Shown piece after piece: positions 55,841-64,000 of a DNA stretch of 64,000 bases. The stretch is from the NCBI GenBank assembly GCA_965199855.1, contig OZ241326.1, forward strand, positions 960,001-1,024,000, in the 5' to 3' direction. This DNA comes from a bacterium (lineage in GTDB: Bacteria > UBA8248). The stretch's first letter is position 1. Each line of letters starts with the position of its first letter. The notes under the pieces are model-generated. The model ran no database searches and had not been told where the DNA came from. It saw only the letters and a list, made by a program, of their open reading frames with translations. The translations under genes were made by a program, and so were the position numbers.

Positions 55841-56874
55841 GCGGGGTTGCTCCTTCCCTTCAAGAGCGCTTCAAGAAAGTCCCCGAGCGCGTCGTGGAGT
55901 CGGGCGAGATCCCTCCGCTTTTCAAAATGCTCCTGAAGCATCCTCGCCGCGCGCGGAATGTTCACGAGATAGCGCTCCGCCCCCCGCGCGGCCTTCTGGT
56001 AGGCGAAGGTGCCGATGGCCTTGAGGTTGCGCTGAATGGCCGTGGCGCGCAGGGCGCGTTCGTACCCTTCTTTATCCGAGAAATGACGGTGGCCGCAAGT
56101 CTCCCAGCAGCGGCGGACGAGGCTTTCTCTCGCGTTCTCGTCGAGGGCCGCGTAGCTGTCAAAGGCGAGAGACGCCAAATCATACAGGACGGGGCCCATG
56201 CGCGCGTCCTGAAAGTCAAGAACGAACACCTTGCCGTCGGCGACCATCAGGTTCCTGCTGTGGTAGTCGCGGTGGACGAGGCGGAAGGGCTGCCGGCAGA
56301 TTTCCTCGCACAATTCGCGGAACAATCCGTCCAGGGCGCGCGCGTCGGTTTTCATCCCCAGGAGACTCTCGAAGGCGTATTTGCGCGCGTGATGAAGCTC
56401 GTTCGTGAAAAAGGCGGGGTCGAAGCGGCGCGCGAGGGAGACTCCGCCGCCCGCGGGCGCGCGGGGCGCCTCCTGGATGGCCGCCATCATGTCAAGGGCG
56501 GCGGCGTAGGCGGGCTGCGCGCGCGCCCATCCGCCGCGATTCCATACGTCCTCCAGCGAATCGTCGCCGCAGTCTTCGAGGAGGATGACGCCGGCCTCCT
56601 CGTCCATAGTAAAAATTTCGGGGACGCGGACGCCGAGCTCGCAGAAGCGCGCCCGCGCCTCGACGAAGGGGAGCGTCTCCTTCCTGAAAGGCTCTTGCAG
56701 AATCATGCCGACCGAGCTGGCGCGCGCCCCGCCCGGATGCGCGAGGCGAACGTAGGCGCGATCCGAGGCGTCGCCCCGAAGCGGCGCGAGGGAGCGGACG
56801 GCGACGCCGAAACGCTCGCGCGCCAGGGCCTTCAGGCGCTCATGCGCGAGAACGCTCGCGGCGTTCGCCTTCAT
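55837..56874 (-). CDS. amgK: Anomeric MurNAc/GlcNAc kinase (APH fold)
   Basis: GDASDRAY, HRDYHSRNLM, LDFQDARMGP, QRNLKAIGTF. Confidence 0.75.
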   Translation of the reverse strand: MKANAASVLAHERLKALARERFGVAVRSLAPLRGDASDRAYVRLAHPGGARASSVGMILQEPFRKETLPFVEARARFCELGVRVPEIFTMDEEAGVILLEDCGDDSLEDVWNRGGWARAQPAYAAALDMMAAIQEAPRAPAGGGVSLARRFDPAFFTNELHHARKYAFESLLGMKTDARALDGLFRELCEEICRQPFRLVHRDYHSRNLMVADGKVFVLDFQDARMGPVLYDLASLAFDSYAALDENARESLVRRCWETCGHRHFSDKEGYERALRATAIQRNLKAIGTFAYQKAARGAERYLVNIPRAARMLQEHFEKRRDLARLHDALGDFLEALLKGRSNPA

Positions 56875-57728
56875 GCGGGGAGCGGCTCGTCCCGAAGGGA
56901 GAGCGCGGAGACGGCGCGCGCCAGAGCCGCCAGCGTCTCGCGGTGGGATTCCTCCCTGCTCTTGAGCTCGAAGGCGAGCGGCCCGCGGTAGCCCCGCGCG
57001 TCGAGAGCGGCGAAGAAGGGGCGCCACGCGAGCGCTCCTTCGCCCGGAATGAGGTGGGCGTCGCTTCGTCCGTCGTTGTCGTGGAGGTGGACCGCCGCGC
57101 ACAGGGGCGCGAGACGCTCGACGGCCTGCCGGACGCGCTCTCCCTCGGTGATGAGGGCGTGGCCCGCGTCGATGCAGATTTTCAGCCGTGGATGATCGAT
57201 GCCCTCCACGAAGCGGGCGAGCGGCTCCGCGCGGCCCAGGGCGGCGGGGATGTTCTCGAGGGCCAGGACGGCGTCCAGCGCCTCCGCCGCCGGCAGGAGG
57301 CGCGCCAGACTCTCCTCCAGCGCCTCGCGGCTGTCTTTCTCCCCCGCTTTTCCGGGCGCGCCCGGATGGAGGACGGCGACCCGCGCCCCCAGAGGGCGCA
57401 GGGCGCGCATGGAGGCGAGAGTCTTCTGGATGGCCGCCGCGCGCGCCCCCGCGTCGGGCGAGGAGAGGGAGAGCCAGCGTCCCTTCTTCGCCTCGCTCAA
57501 ATCCGCGTAGAAAGGGGCGTGAAGCGAGGAGGCCGACAGCGAGAGGTCGTCCAGCCAGCGTTCGAGCGTCCGGATCGCGGAGGGATCGCTCACGTCGAGA
57601 TGAGGCGTCATCGCCCAGAGCTCGATTCGCCGAAAGCCGGCCTCCGCCGCGTCTTTCAGATGATCGAAGCGGAGCGGCTCCCGGGCGAAAAGGTGGGCCG
57701 ACAGGGCGAGGCTGGCTCTCAATGCCAT
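56871..57728 (-). CDS. Sugar phosphate isomerase/epimerase (xylose-isomerase-like TIM barrel)
   Basis: LHAP, LALEN, CIDAGH, HLHDNDG, HLIPGEG, FE. Confidence 0.85.
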   Translation of the reverse strand: MALRASLALSAHLFAREPLRFDHLKDAAEAGFRRIELWAMTPHLDVSDPSAIRTLERWLDDLSLSASSLHAPFYADLSEAKKGRWLSLSSPDAGARAAAIQKTLASMRALRPLGARVAVLHPGAPGKAGEKDSREALEESLARLLPAAEALDAVLALENIPAALGRAEPLARFVEGIDHPRLKICIDAGHALITEGERVRQAVERLAPLCAAVHLHDNDGRSDAHLIPGEGALAWRPFFAALDARGYRGPLAFELKSREESHRETLAALARAVSALSLRDEPLPA

Positions 57729-57918
57729 TCCTTCGGCGGGCGGAGCGACGTGCGTTGCGCGGGAGGGGATTATACGCCGCCGAATGAGGAGCCGGCAATG
57801 CGCGGGCGCGAATCCCCGGATTGCCCGGAGGAGGCTTGCCGCGCCGCCCGCCAGGCGTTCGACATGGAGCGGGAACCATGACCGCGCCGGTTGACAGATG
57901 CGCGCCCGGCACCCATGA

Positions 57919-58773
57919 TTGGTCTTACCATCCGACCAGAAAATTTCGGATACCGATTCGGGCTCAGGAGAAACAGGGGCGTTTCCCCCCTCGCGTTCGA
58001 GACGCCGGGAGGGGGACGCGCCCCCCGGAGGCGGCGCCTTGCTTCGGCCGGTGAGAAAGACGAGGCTCTACGAAGGCGTGGTGGAGCAGATACAGAGCCT
58101 CATCCGCAAGCGGAAGTTCGTCCCCGGCGACCGGCTGCCCTCCGAGCGCGAACTCGCGGCGGCGCTCGGCATCGGCCGCCCCTCGGTGAGAGAGGCCCTG
58201 CGCGCCCTCGACGCCACGGGACTCATCGAGGTGCGGAGCGGCCGGGGCGCGTTTTTGCGCAACCTCTCGGGCGATCCCTACCTCGCCACGGTGCGCGAGA
58301 GCCTGGCGTTTCTGCTTGACGTGCGGGGGGACACCCTGCTCGAGCTCTGGGAGGTGCGTCGGGGACTGGAGGAGCAGATCGCGCGCCTGGCCGCCGCGCG
58401 CGGGACGCCGGCGCAGCTCGCCTTCCTGAGAAGCCGCACGGAGGAGATGCGAAGACGCATCGGAGCGCCCGAAGCCTTCGTGCGCGCGGGGGTGGCCTGC
58501 CACCGCGCGCTGTGCGAGGCGGCGGGAAACGCCGTTCTGCGGACAGTGTGGGAGGCCATCGCGGGCCTGATCGAGAAGAGCCAGCGCAGAATCATCGGCG
58601 TTCCCGGCCAGCCGGACGAGGCGCTCCGCCAGCACGAGAGGCTGCTCGCCGCCGTTGCGGCGGGCGACGCGGAGGCGGCCGCCTTCGCCATGCGCGAGCA
58701 CATGGAGGCGGAGGGCGCGCTGTTGCGGGAGGCGCTCGCCGCGTCCCGAAATGGGGAGCGGGTCGGCGTCTGA
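57919..58773 (+). CDS. GntR/FadR family transcriptional regulator
   Basis: PGDRLPSERELA...GRPSVREAL, FCD domain; true start may be ~120 nt downstream. Confidence 0.88.
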   Translation: MVLPSDQKISDTDSGSGETGAFPPSRSRRREGDAPPGGGALLRPVRKTRLYEGVVEQIQSLIRKRKFVPGDRLPSERELAAALGIGRPSVREALRALDATGLIEVRSGRGAFLRNLSGDPYLATVRESLAFLLDVRGDTLLELWEVRRGLEEQIARLAAARGTPAQLAFLRSRTEEMRRRIGAPEAFVRAGVACHRALCEAAGNAVLRTVWEAIAGLIEKSQRRIIGVPGQPDEALRQHERLLAAVAAGDAEAAAFAMREHMEAEGALLREALAASRNGERVGV

Positions 58774-58878
58774 AGGCTCGCCGCTCGGGCGCTCCCGCTT
58801 TTCGGACGCTTTTGTCGGAGGATTTTTCAGCTCTTTGGATGAACGCTTCACCCCCATTTCCGCACAGGAGGAATCTTC

Positions 58879-60228
58879 ATGGTGGAAACGAGCAAGCAGG
58901 GAATGCCGATGGACTTCTTGCAGAAGGAGCACTACCAGTCCCCCCGGCGCGTCTACAGCCAGACGGGCAGCGACTGGCAGCGCCGCGTGGACTTCGACCG
59001 GATGCGCAAGGACAGGCTCGCCCGCGCCAAGGCGATGATGGAAAAGCACGACATGGACGCCATCATCATGTACAAGGGCGAAAACATCCGCTACACCGCG
59101 TCGGTCTTCCAGGGCAACTGGAAGAACAACATCTTCATCCGCTACGCCGTGCTCTGCCGGGGCGCGGAGACGCCGGTGCTCTTCGAGACGGCGGGTTCCG
59201 ACTACGAATGCGCCCGCATCGACGCGCCCTGGCTCGAGGGCAACATCCGCCCCGCCATCACGTGGAAATGGTCCGAAACCGCCGAGCAGATGATGGTGAA
59301 CCGCATGGCGGATTCCGTCATCGACGTTCTCAAGGAGAACAACGTTCCGCTCAACGGCAGAATCGGCATCGACATCATGGACATGCAGGCCTACAGCGCC
59401 TTCACCGAGAAGGGCGTGAACCTGGTGAACGCATGGCCGGCGATGAGCGAGGCGCGCGTCATCAAGACGCCCGAGGAGATCGAGTGCCTCAAGATCAGCT
59501 CGACCATCGGCGACACCTGCATGTGGAAGATCCGCAACGAGTGGCTCAAGCCCGGCATCCGCGAGTGCGACCTCACCGCGTGGGTCAACAACCTGCTCTA
59601 CGAGGAGGGCTTCGACTTCGTCTATGACATCATCGTCGCCTCGGGCGGGAACACCAGCCCCTACCGCCGCTGGCACACCGACAAGATGATCCGCGACGGA
59701 GACCTCGTCGTCGTGGACATCAACGCCATCGGCCCGGGCGGCTACTTCGTGGACTACGTGCGCTGCTTCAAGTGCGGCGGCGGCTGGACGAAGAAGGAGA
59801 GGCAGCTCTACCGCGAGGTCTATGACACGATGTACGCGGGCATGTCCCAGCTCGCGCCGGGCAAGACCTCCAAGGACGTCGCTTCGCAGTTCCCCGTCTA
59901 TGCCGACGACAAATACGGCACGGTGACGCTCCAGCAGTTCGCGCACTCCATCGGCCTCGACCTCTACGAGGGCATGTGGATCAGCCGCGCCTACAGCCTC
60001 GACTATCCGGTGGAGATCAAGGAGAACATGTATTTCGCCATCGAGACCTTCGCCGGCCATCCCGGGCTTCCGCAGACGGTGCGCCTGGAGGAGAACGTGC
60101 TCGTCGGCCCCGACGGCCCCGTCGTCTTCACCGGCTCCTCGCACTACGACGAGTGCATCGAAGATTCGCCCTACTACGACTTCTCGGCGAAGTCCCGGGG
60201 CGAGCCGCGCTTCGAGCTGCCCGAGTAG
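58879..60228 (+). CDS. M24 (Xaa-Pro peptidase/creatinase-like) family protein
   Basis: ENIRY, ARVIKTPEEI, DI...GYFVD, HSIG, FAIE, RLEE. Confidence 0.88.
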   Translation: MVETSKQGMPMDFLQKEHYQSPRRVYSQTGSDWQRRVDFDRMRKDRLARAKAMMEKHDMDAIIMYKGENIRYTASVFQGNWKNNIFIRYAVLCRGAETPVLFETAGSDYECARIDAPWLEGNIRPAITWKWSETAEQMMVNRMADSVIDVLKENNVPLNGRIGIDIMDMQAYSAFTEKGVNLVNAWPAMSEARVIKTPEEIECLKISSTIGDTCMWKIRNEWLKPGIRECDLTAWVNNLLYEEGFDFVYDIIVASGGNTSPYRRWHTDKMIRDGDLVVVDINAIGPGGYFVDYVRCFKCGGGWTKKERQLYREVYDTMYAGMSQLAPGKTSKDVASQFPVYADDKYGTVTLQQFAHSIGLDLYEGMWISRAYSLDYPVEIKENMYFAIETFAGHPGLPQTVRLEENVLVGPDGPVVFTGSSHYDECIEDSPYYDFSAKSRGEPRFELPE

Positions 60229-60339
60229 AGAGCGCCTCTCCCGTCCGCTCCGCCTTCGGCGCGGACGGGAGGCGTCCTTCATCTTTCGCGCGAGGGGGGA
60301 GAATCGCCTCCCGAAAAAGACGCATAGGAGAATCACGCG

Positions 60340-61560
60340 ATGAGCGAGCCCTGGAACACCGAAATGTGGTTCACCAGCCCGTGGAATTTCGAGGGCGAGG
60401 TGACCGCCGGCATCAAGTTCGACCCCAGCCCCAGAATTCACGACGTGACGCTCAGGGACGGGGAGCAGCAGGCGGGCGTCATGTTCAACAAGGACGAGAA
60501 GATACGCATCGCCGAGGCGCTCGCCGAGGTCGGCGTCCACCGCATCGAGGCCGGGATGCCGGTGGTCTCGCCCTCGGACGAGGCGGCGATCCGCGAGATC
60601 GTCAAGCGGCTCGAGGGCGCGGACACCGAAGTGTTCAGCTTCGCGCGCTGCATGGCCGACGACGTGAAGCGCTCCGCCGACACCGGCGTCAAGGGCGTCG
60701 TCATGGAAGTGCCCAGCTCCACGCACATGATCGAACGCGCCTACAAGTGGGAGCTCGACAAGGCCATCGACACCTCCGTGAAGGCCACCCAGGTGGCGAA
60801 GGAGTGCGGCCTCTACACCGTGTTCTTCCCCATCGACTTCTCCCGCGCTCCGCTCGACTGGGTGCTGGGACTGCTGAAGAAGGTGGCCACCGAGGGCCAC
60901 ATGGACGCGCTGGCGATTGTGGACACCTTCGGCGTGCTGAGTCCGCACACGGTGCCCTACGTCATCCGCAAGATGCGCGAGGTGTTCCCGAACGAGCCGT
61001 TCGAGCCGCATTTCCACGACGACTACGGCATGGGCGTGGCCAACACGCTCATGGCGATGGCCGAGGGCTGCCAGGTGGCGCAGACCTCCGTGAGCGGCGT
61101 CGGCGAGCGCGCGGGAAACGCCGCCTACGAGGAGCTGGCCCTCGCCATGCTGACCATGTATGGCGTGGACATGGGGCTGAAGACGGAGAAGTTCACCGAG
61201 ATGTCGAGGCTCGTCCAGGAGTGCGGGCGCATCAGCCTGGCGCCGAACCGCTGCGTCGTGGGCGACAACCTCTACGACATCGAGAGCGGCATCATCGTCA
61301 GCTGGCTCAAGAACTGCGAGAAGGATTTTCCGACCGAGCTCGTCCCCTTCCGCGCCGGCCTCGTCGGCCAGAAGGAGCCCGCGCCGGTCATCGGCAAGGG
61401 GAGCGGCATCGACTCCATCAACCTCTTCCTGGAGCAGCTGGGCATCCGGGCGTCCGAGGAGGAGAAGATGGCGCTCCTGATGGACGTCAAGGAAAAGTCC
61501 CTGAGCCTGCACCGCCTGCTCACGATGGATGAATTCAAGGAGCTGGCCGGGGGAGAATGA
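60340..61560 (+). CDS. DRE-TIM metallolyase (homocitrate/isopropylmalate synthase-like, no regulatory domain)
   Basis: DVTLRDGEQ, HFHDDYG, GVGERAGNA, IESGI. Confidence 0.85.
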   Translation: MSEPWNTEMWFTSPWNFEGEVTAGIKFDPSPRIHDVTLRDGEQQAGVMFNKDEKIRIAEALAEVGVHRIEAGMPVVSPSDEAAIREIVKRLEGADTEVFSFARCMADDVKRSADTGVKGVVMEVPSSTHMIERAYKWELDKAIDTSVKATQVAKECGLYTVFFPIDFSRAPLDWVLGLLKKVATEGHMDALAIVDTFGVLSPHTVPYVIRKMREVFPNEPFEPHFHDDYGMGVANTLMAMAEGCQVAQTSVSGVGERAGNAAYEELALAMLTMYGVDMGLKTEKFTEMSRLVQECGRISLAPNRCVVGDNLYDIESGIIVSWLKNCEKDFPTELVPFRAGLVGQKEPAPVIGKGSGIDSINLFLEQLGIRASEEEKMALLMDVKEKSLSLHRLLTMDEFKELAGGE

Positions 61561-61652
61561 GCGCGAAACGCGCGACCGGGGGGGGACGCCGGGCGCGTAG
61601 CACTTTGTGCTACGCTATCGAGGGCCTAGCGCGCGGACGTGGAGAAGAGAAA

Positions 61653-61916
61653 ATGAAGGGAATCATCATGACGGTCGCAATCGCGGCGGGAATGGCGCTC
61701 GGCGGAGCGGCGAGCGGCCAGACCCAGGAAAAAGTGAACGAAATCATCCGGAAGTTAAAACAAAGCGGAGTCTTCGACGAAAATCGATGCCTGAAAAACG
61801 CAAGCAAAAAAATGCAAAGAGCCTACGACCTGATCTCACAAGAAATCACCGGCAAAGAAGAAGGCGACCTCCAAATAATGGAATCCTTCTGCCGATACAT
61901 GAACGACATGAAGTAG
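61653..61916 (+). CDS. Small secreted hypothetical protein (paralog A)
   Basis: Signal MKGIIMTVAIAAGMALGGAASGQT, two Cys. Confidence 0.6.
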   Translation: MKGIIMTVAIAAGMALGGAASGQTQEKVNEIIRKLKQSGVFDENRCLKNASKKMQRAYDLISQEITGKEEGDLQIMESFCRYMNDMK

Positions 61917-61925
61917 AGGAGAATC

Positions 61926-62213
61926 ATGGACGCGCATACGCTCTACAGCGGCTACAAGGAGCGAAATATCTCGGTGAGGCTGAACGAAGCCGAATACCAG
62001 CAACTGCTGGGCATTCGGGAGCAGATGCGAAGAAACTCAAGGGCGAGCAACTCGGACGCGATACGGTATGCGCTCCGGGCCATCTACGAAACCGAGGCGG
62101 AGCCGGCGGCGCAGGAAGGCGTGAAACCGAAGCGGAAACGGGGGCGAGGCGTCCAAACGGACGCGCGGACGGGGTTAGCCGGGGCGAAAAACACCGTGGA
62201 GGGAGCGGAATGA
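61926..62213 (+). CDS. Ribbon-helix-helix (CopG-like) DNA-binding protein
   Basis: NISVRLNEAEYQQL...SNSDAIRYAL pattern; RBS GAGGAG. Confidence 0.6.
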   Translation: MDAHTLYSGYKERNISVRLNEAEYQQLLGIREQMRRNSRASNSDAIRYALRAIYETEAEPAAQEGVKPKRKRGRGVQTDARTGLAGAKNTVEGAE

Positions 62214-62698
62214 AAGGAATCATCGTGACGGTCGCGATCGCGCTGGCGGCGGCGAGCGGCGGCGCGGCGAGCGGCCAGACGAAAGCGGAGGTGGAAGAAA
62301 TCATAGAGGATGCAAAAGAAATGGGAGTCAACAACATAGGCTGGTGCGGAGCAAACACGAAACATGAAAAGCTAGCGCGGGAAATCCGGGCCCTGTATCC
62401 CGCACTGACGGAAAGCGCGAAAATCACCAACTCGCAGCTGGAAGAAGCCACATGCCGACTAGAAAGAGCGCGAGAAATCGCCCAGATGGCAGAAGGCATC
62501 GAAGCCGCCAACATCAAATGCCTGAACAGCCTCACGGAAAAAGGACTGGCGCGCATAAGGCGATACGCAGACGTCACCCGAAAGCAAAATCTCATAGCGT
62601 TCTTAAACGCAAAAATCAGCGATCAGCAACTGGAAGAAGCCACATGCCAATGGGAGGATGAAAACAGACGCATAAGACCTAACGAAAAGAGAAAGTGA
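62210..62698 (+). CDS. Small secreted hypothetical protein (paralog B) with internal duplication
   Basis: Signal MKGIIVTVAIALAAASGGAASGQT; AKITNSQLEEATC / AKISDQQLEEATC. Confidence 0.65.
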   Translation: MKGIIVTVAIALAAASGGAASGQTKAEVEEIIEDAKEMGVNNIGWCGANTKHEKLAREIRALYPALTESAKITNSQLEEATCRLERAREIAQMAEGIEAANIKCLNSLTEKGLARIRRYADVTRKQNLIAFLNAKISDQQLEEATCQWEDENRRIRPNEKRK

Positions 62699-62849
62699 GC
62701 AGGTAATCCGGGGGCTGAAGCCGCCCGCACCGGCGAAAACGCCCGATCGCCGAAAAAACGGGGCGCAGGGATGCGCTGTAACGAACGAACGCGGCCGTTC
62801 GTGATGGACGGGTCGGGCGAAACCGGGCATGATGCGGGGCGCAGGTCGA

Positions 62850-62916
62850 GGCGGGGCGGGGCGCGGCAAGGCGTGGCTCGGCTTGGCGAGGCTCGGCACG
62901 GCAGGGCGTGGCGAGG
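62850..62916. repeat. (GGCNN)13 pentamer-period tract
   Basis: GGCGG GGCGG GGCGC GGCAA GGCGT GGCTC GGCTT GGCGA GGCTC GGCAC GGCAG GGCGT GGCGA GG. Confidence 0.8.
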
Positions 62917-63271
62917 AAGGGGCGCGGGGGCCCGAACATGAGACCCTCGCACGGATGAAAGGGGGGGGGGGCGGCTTCCGTGGGCGAGGGGGCCGCCCCC
63001 TTGCGCTGGAGGGCGCAGGGGCGCATAGGAGAAGGGAAATACGCAGAAGGTGAGAAAGGGGTTGCAGCGCTGCCCCATGGCGGACCAGGTTTTCTTCCGC
63101 CGCGGGGGCGAATGGGAGCAGGGGCTGTTTTCGCGTCCGTCTCCGCTTGGGGCTTCCTCCCCCGCCTTGGCCTCGAGGTGACATGAATAGCGCGAGGGGG
63201 CGGCTCGTTCGGTCGTTCGCGCCGCCCCTTCCGTGTGGGCAGGGGCGCTTCATCCCAGGAGGAGGTGACCG

Positions 63272-63992
63272 ATGAAGCGGCTATCCAACGTGGTGGAATG
63301 CCGCGCGTTTGACTTCAGCGTGTTGTTCTTGATCATCCTGTCAAGCGTTGCTCTGGCCGTCGAGACGTTGCCGGGCTTGCCGCCTTTTGCGAAGCGGGCG
63401 CTTCGTGTTTTCGATGCGGCTGTAGTCGTAATCTTCACCATCGAATACGGCATTCGCTTGGCGCGTTGGAAGATGCGCTACGTTCGGAGTTTTTACGGCG
63501 TCATCGATTTGGCCGCTATTCTCCCCTTCTATCTGTTACACGTGATTGGTCTATCGCTCGGCATTGATCTCCGAGCCATCCGCGTTTTTCGCTTGTTCCG
63601 TGTTTTTCGCATCCTGAAACTCGCGCGATACAACAGCGCAATGACGCGATTGGGGAAAGCCGTATCGGACGCTTAAAGAAGAATTCATGGTCGTCCTTTT
63701 CGCCGCAATCATGCTTCTCTATCTTGCGGCGATAGGCATCTATTATTTTGAACATGACGCTCAGCCGGAGAACTTTCGATCCGTTTTCCATAGCTTGTGG
63801 TGGGCCGTCGCGACTCTCACCACGGTAGGCTACGGCGATGTGTATCCCATTACGGCGGGAGGCAAGATATTTACATTCGGCGTTTTGATGTGCGGTTTGG
63901 GCGTCGTGTCGGCGCCTGCGGGGCTTCTCGCGGCGGCGCTGTCAAAATCCGCGAAGGACAATAGCGATGAAAAGTCGGGGGGGGGGCTCTGA
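63272..63992 (+). pseudogene. Voltage-gated potassium channel split by a +1 frameshift near 63673
   Basis: S4 RAIRVFRLFRVFRILKLAR in the first ORF; WWAVATLTTVGYGD pore in the second; the span is 721 nt, and removing one T (GCT-T-AAA-GAA-GAA-TTC) fuses them. Confidence 0.8.
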
Positions 63993-64000
63993 CGCTTCTC

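Noticed and set aside
63660-63690. Selenocysteine read-through in the K+ channel, given selA/selB nearby
   Set aside because: The stop is TAA and the downstream half is in a different frame.

Overview
High-GC bacterial chromosomal window, mostly housekeeping and transport genes: rlmN, an aap/bzt amino-acid ABC operon, selA/selB, chdC, ppk2, ychF, amgK and nagZ. Accessory content includes GTAG-type REP clusters, tandem S8 proteases, Fic, dinJ-yafQ, a TPR-repeat protein, an orphan methyltransferase and an A-rich islet. The centrepiece is an intact, compact type II-C CRISPR-Cas9 locus: tracrRNA, 985-aa cas9, cas1, cas2 and a 23-repeat array. Between cas2 and the array lies a ~590-bp AT-richer cassette that no standard feature explains. 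It holds a solitary truncated repeat. The 13 nt abutting that repeat (its 'spacer' seed) match exactly the -35/-10 spacer of a sigma70 promoter ~320 bp away. That promoter drives a 36-aa highly basic peptide with a strong RBS. The architecture suggests a Cas9-repressed small-protein module (scaRNA/CreTA-like, possibly self-regulating, possibly an addiction or anti-anti-CRISPR device). All calls were made by eye from motifs; no database searches were run.
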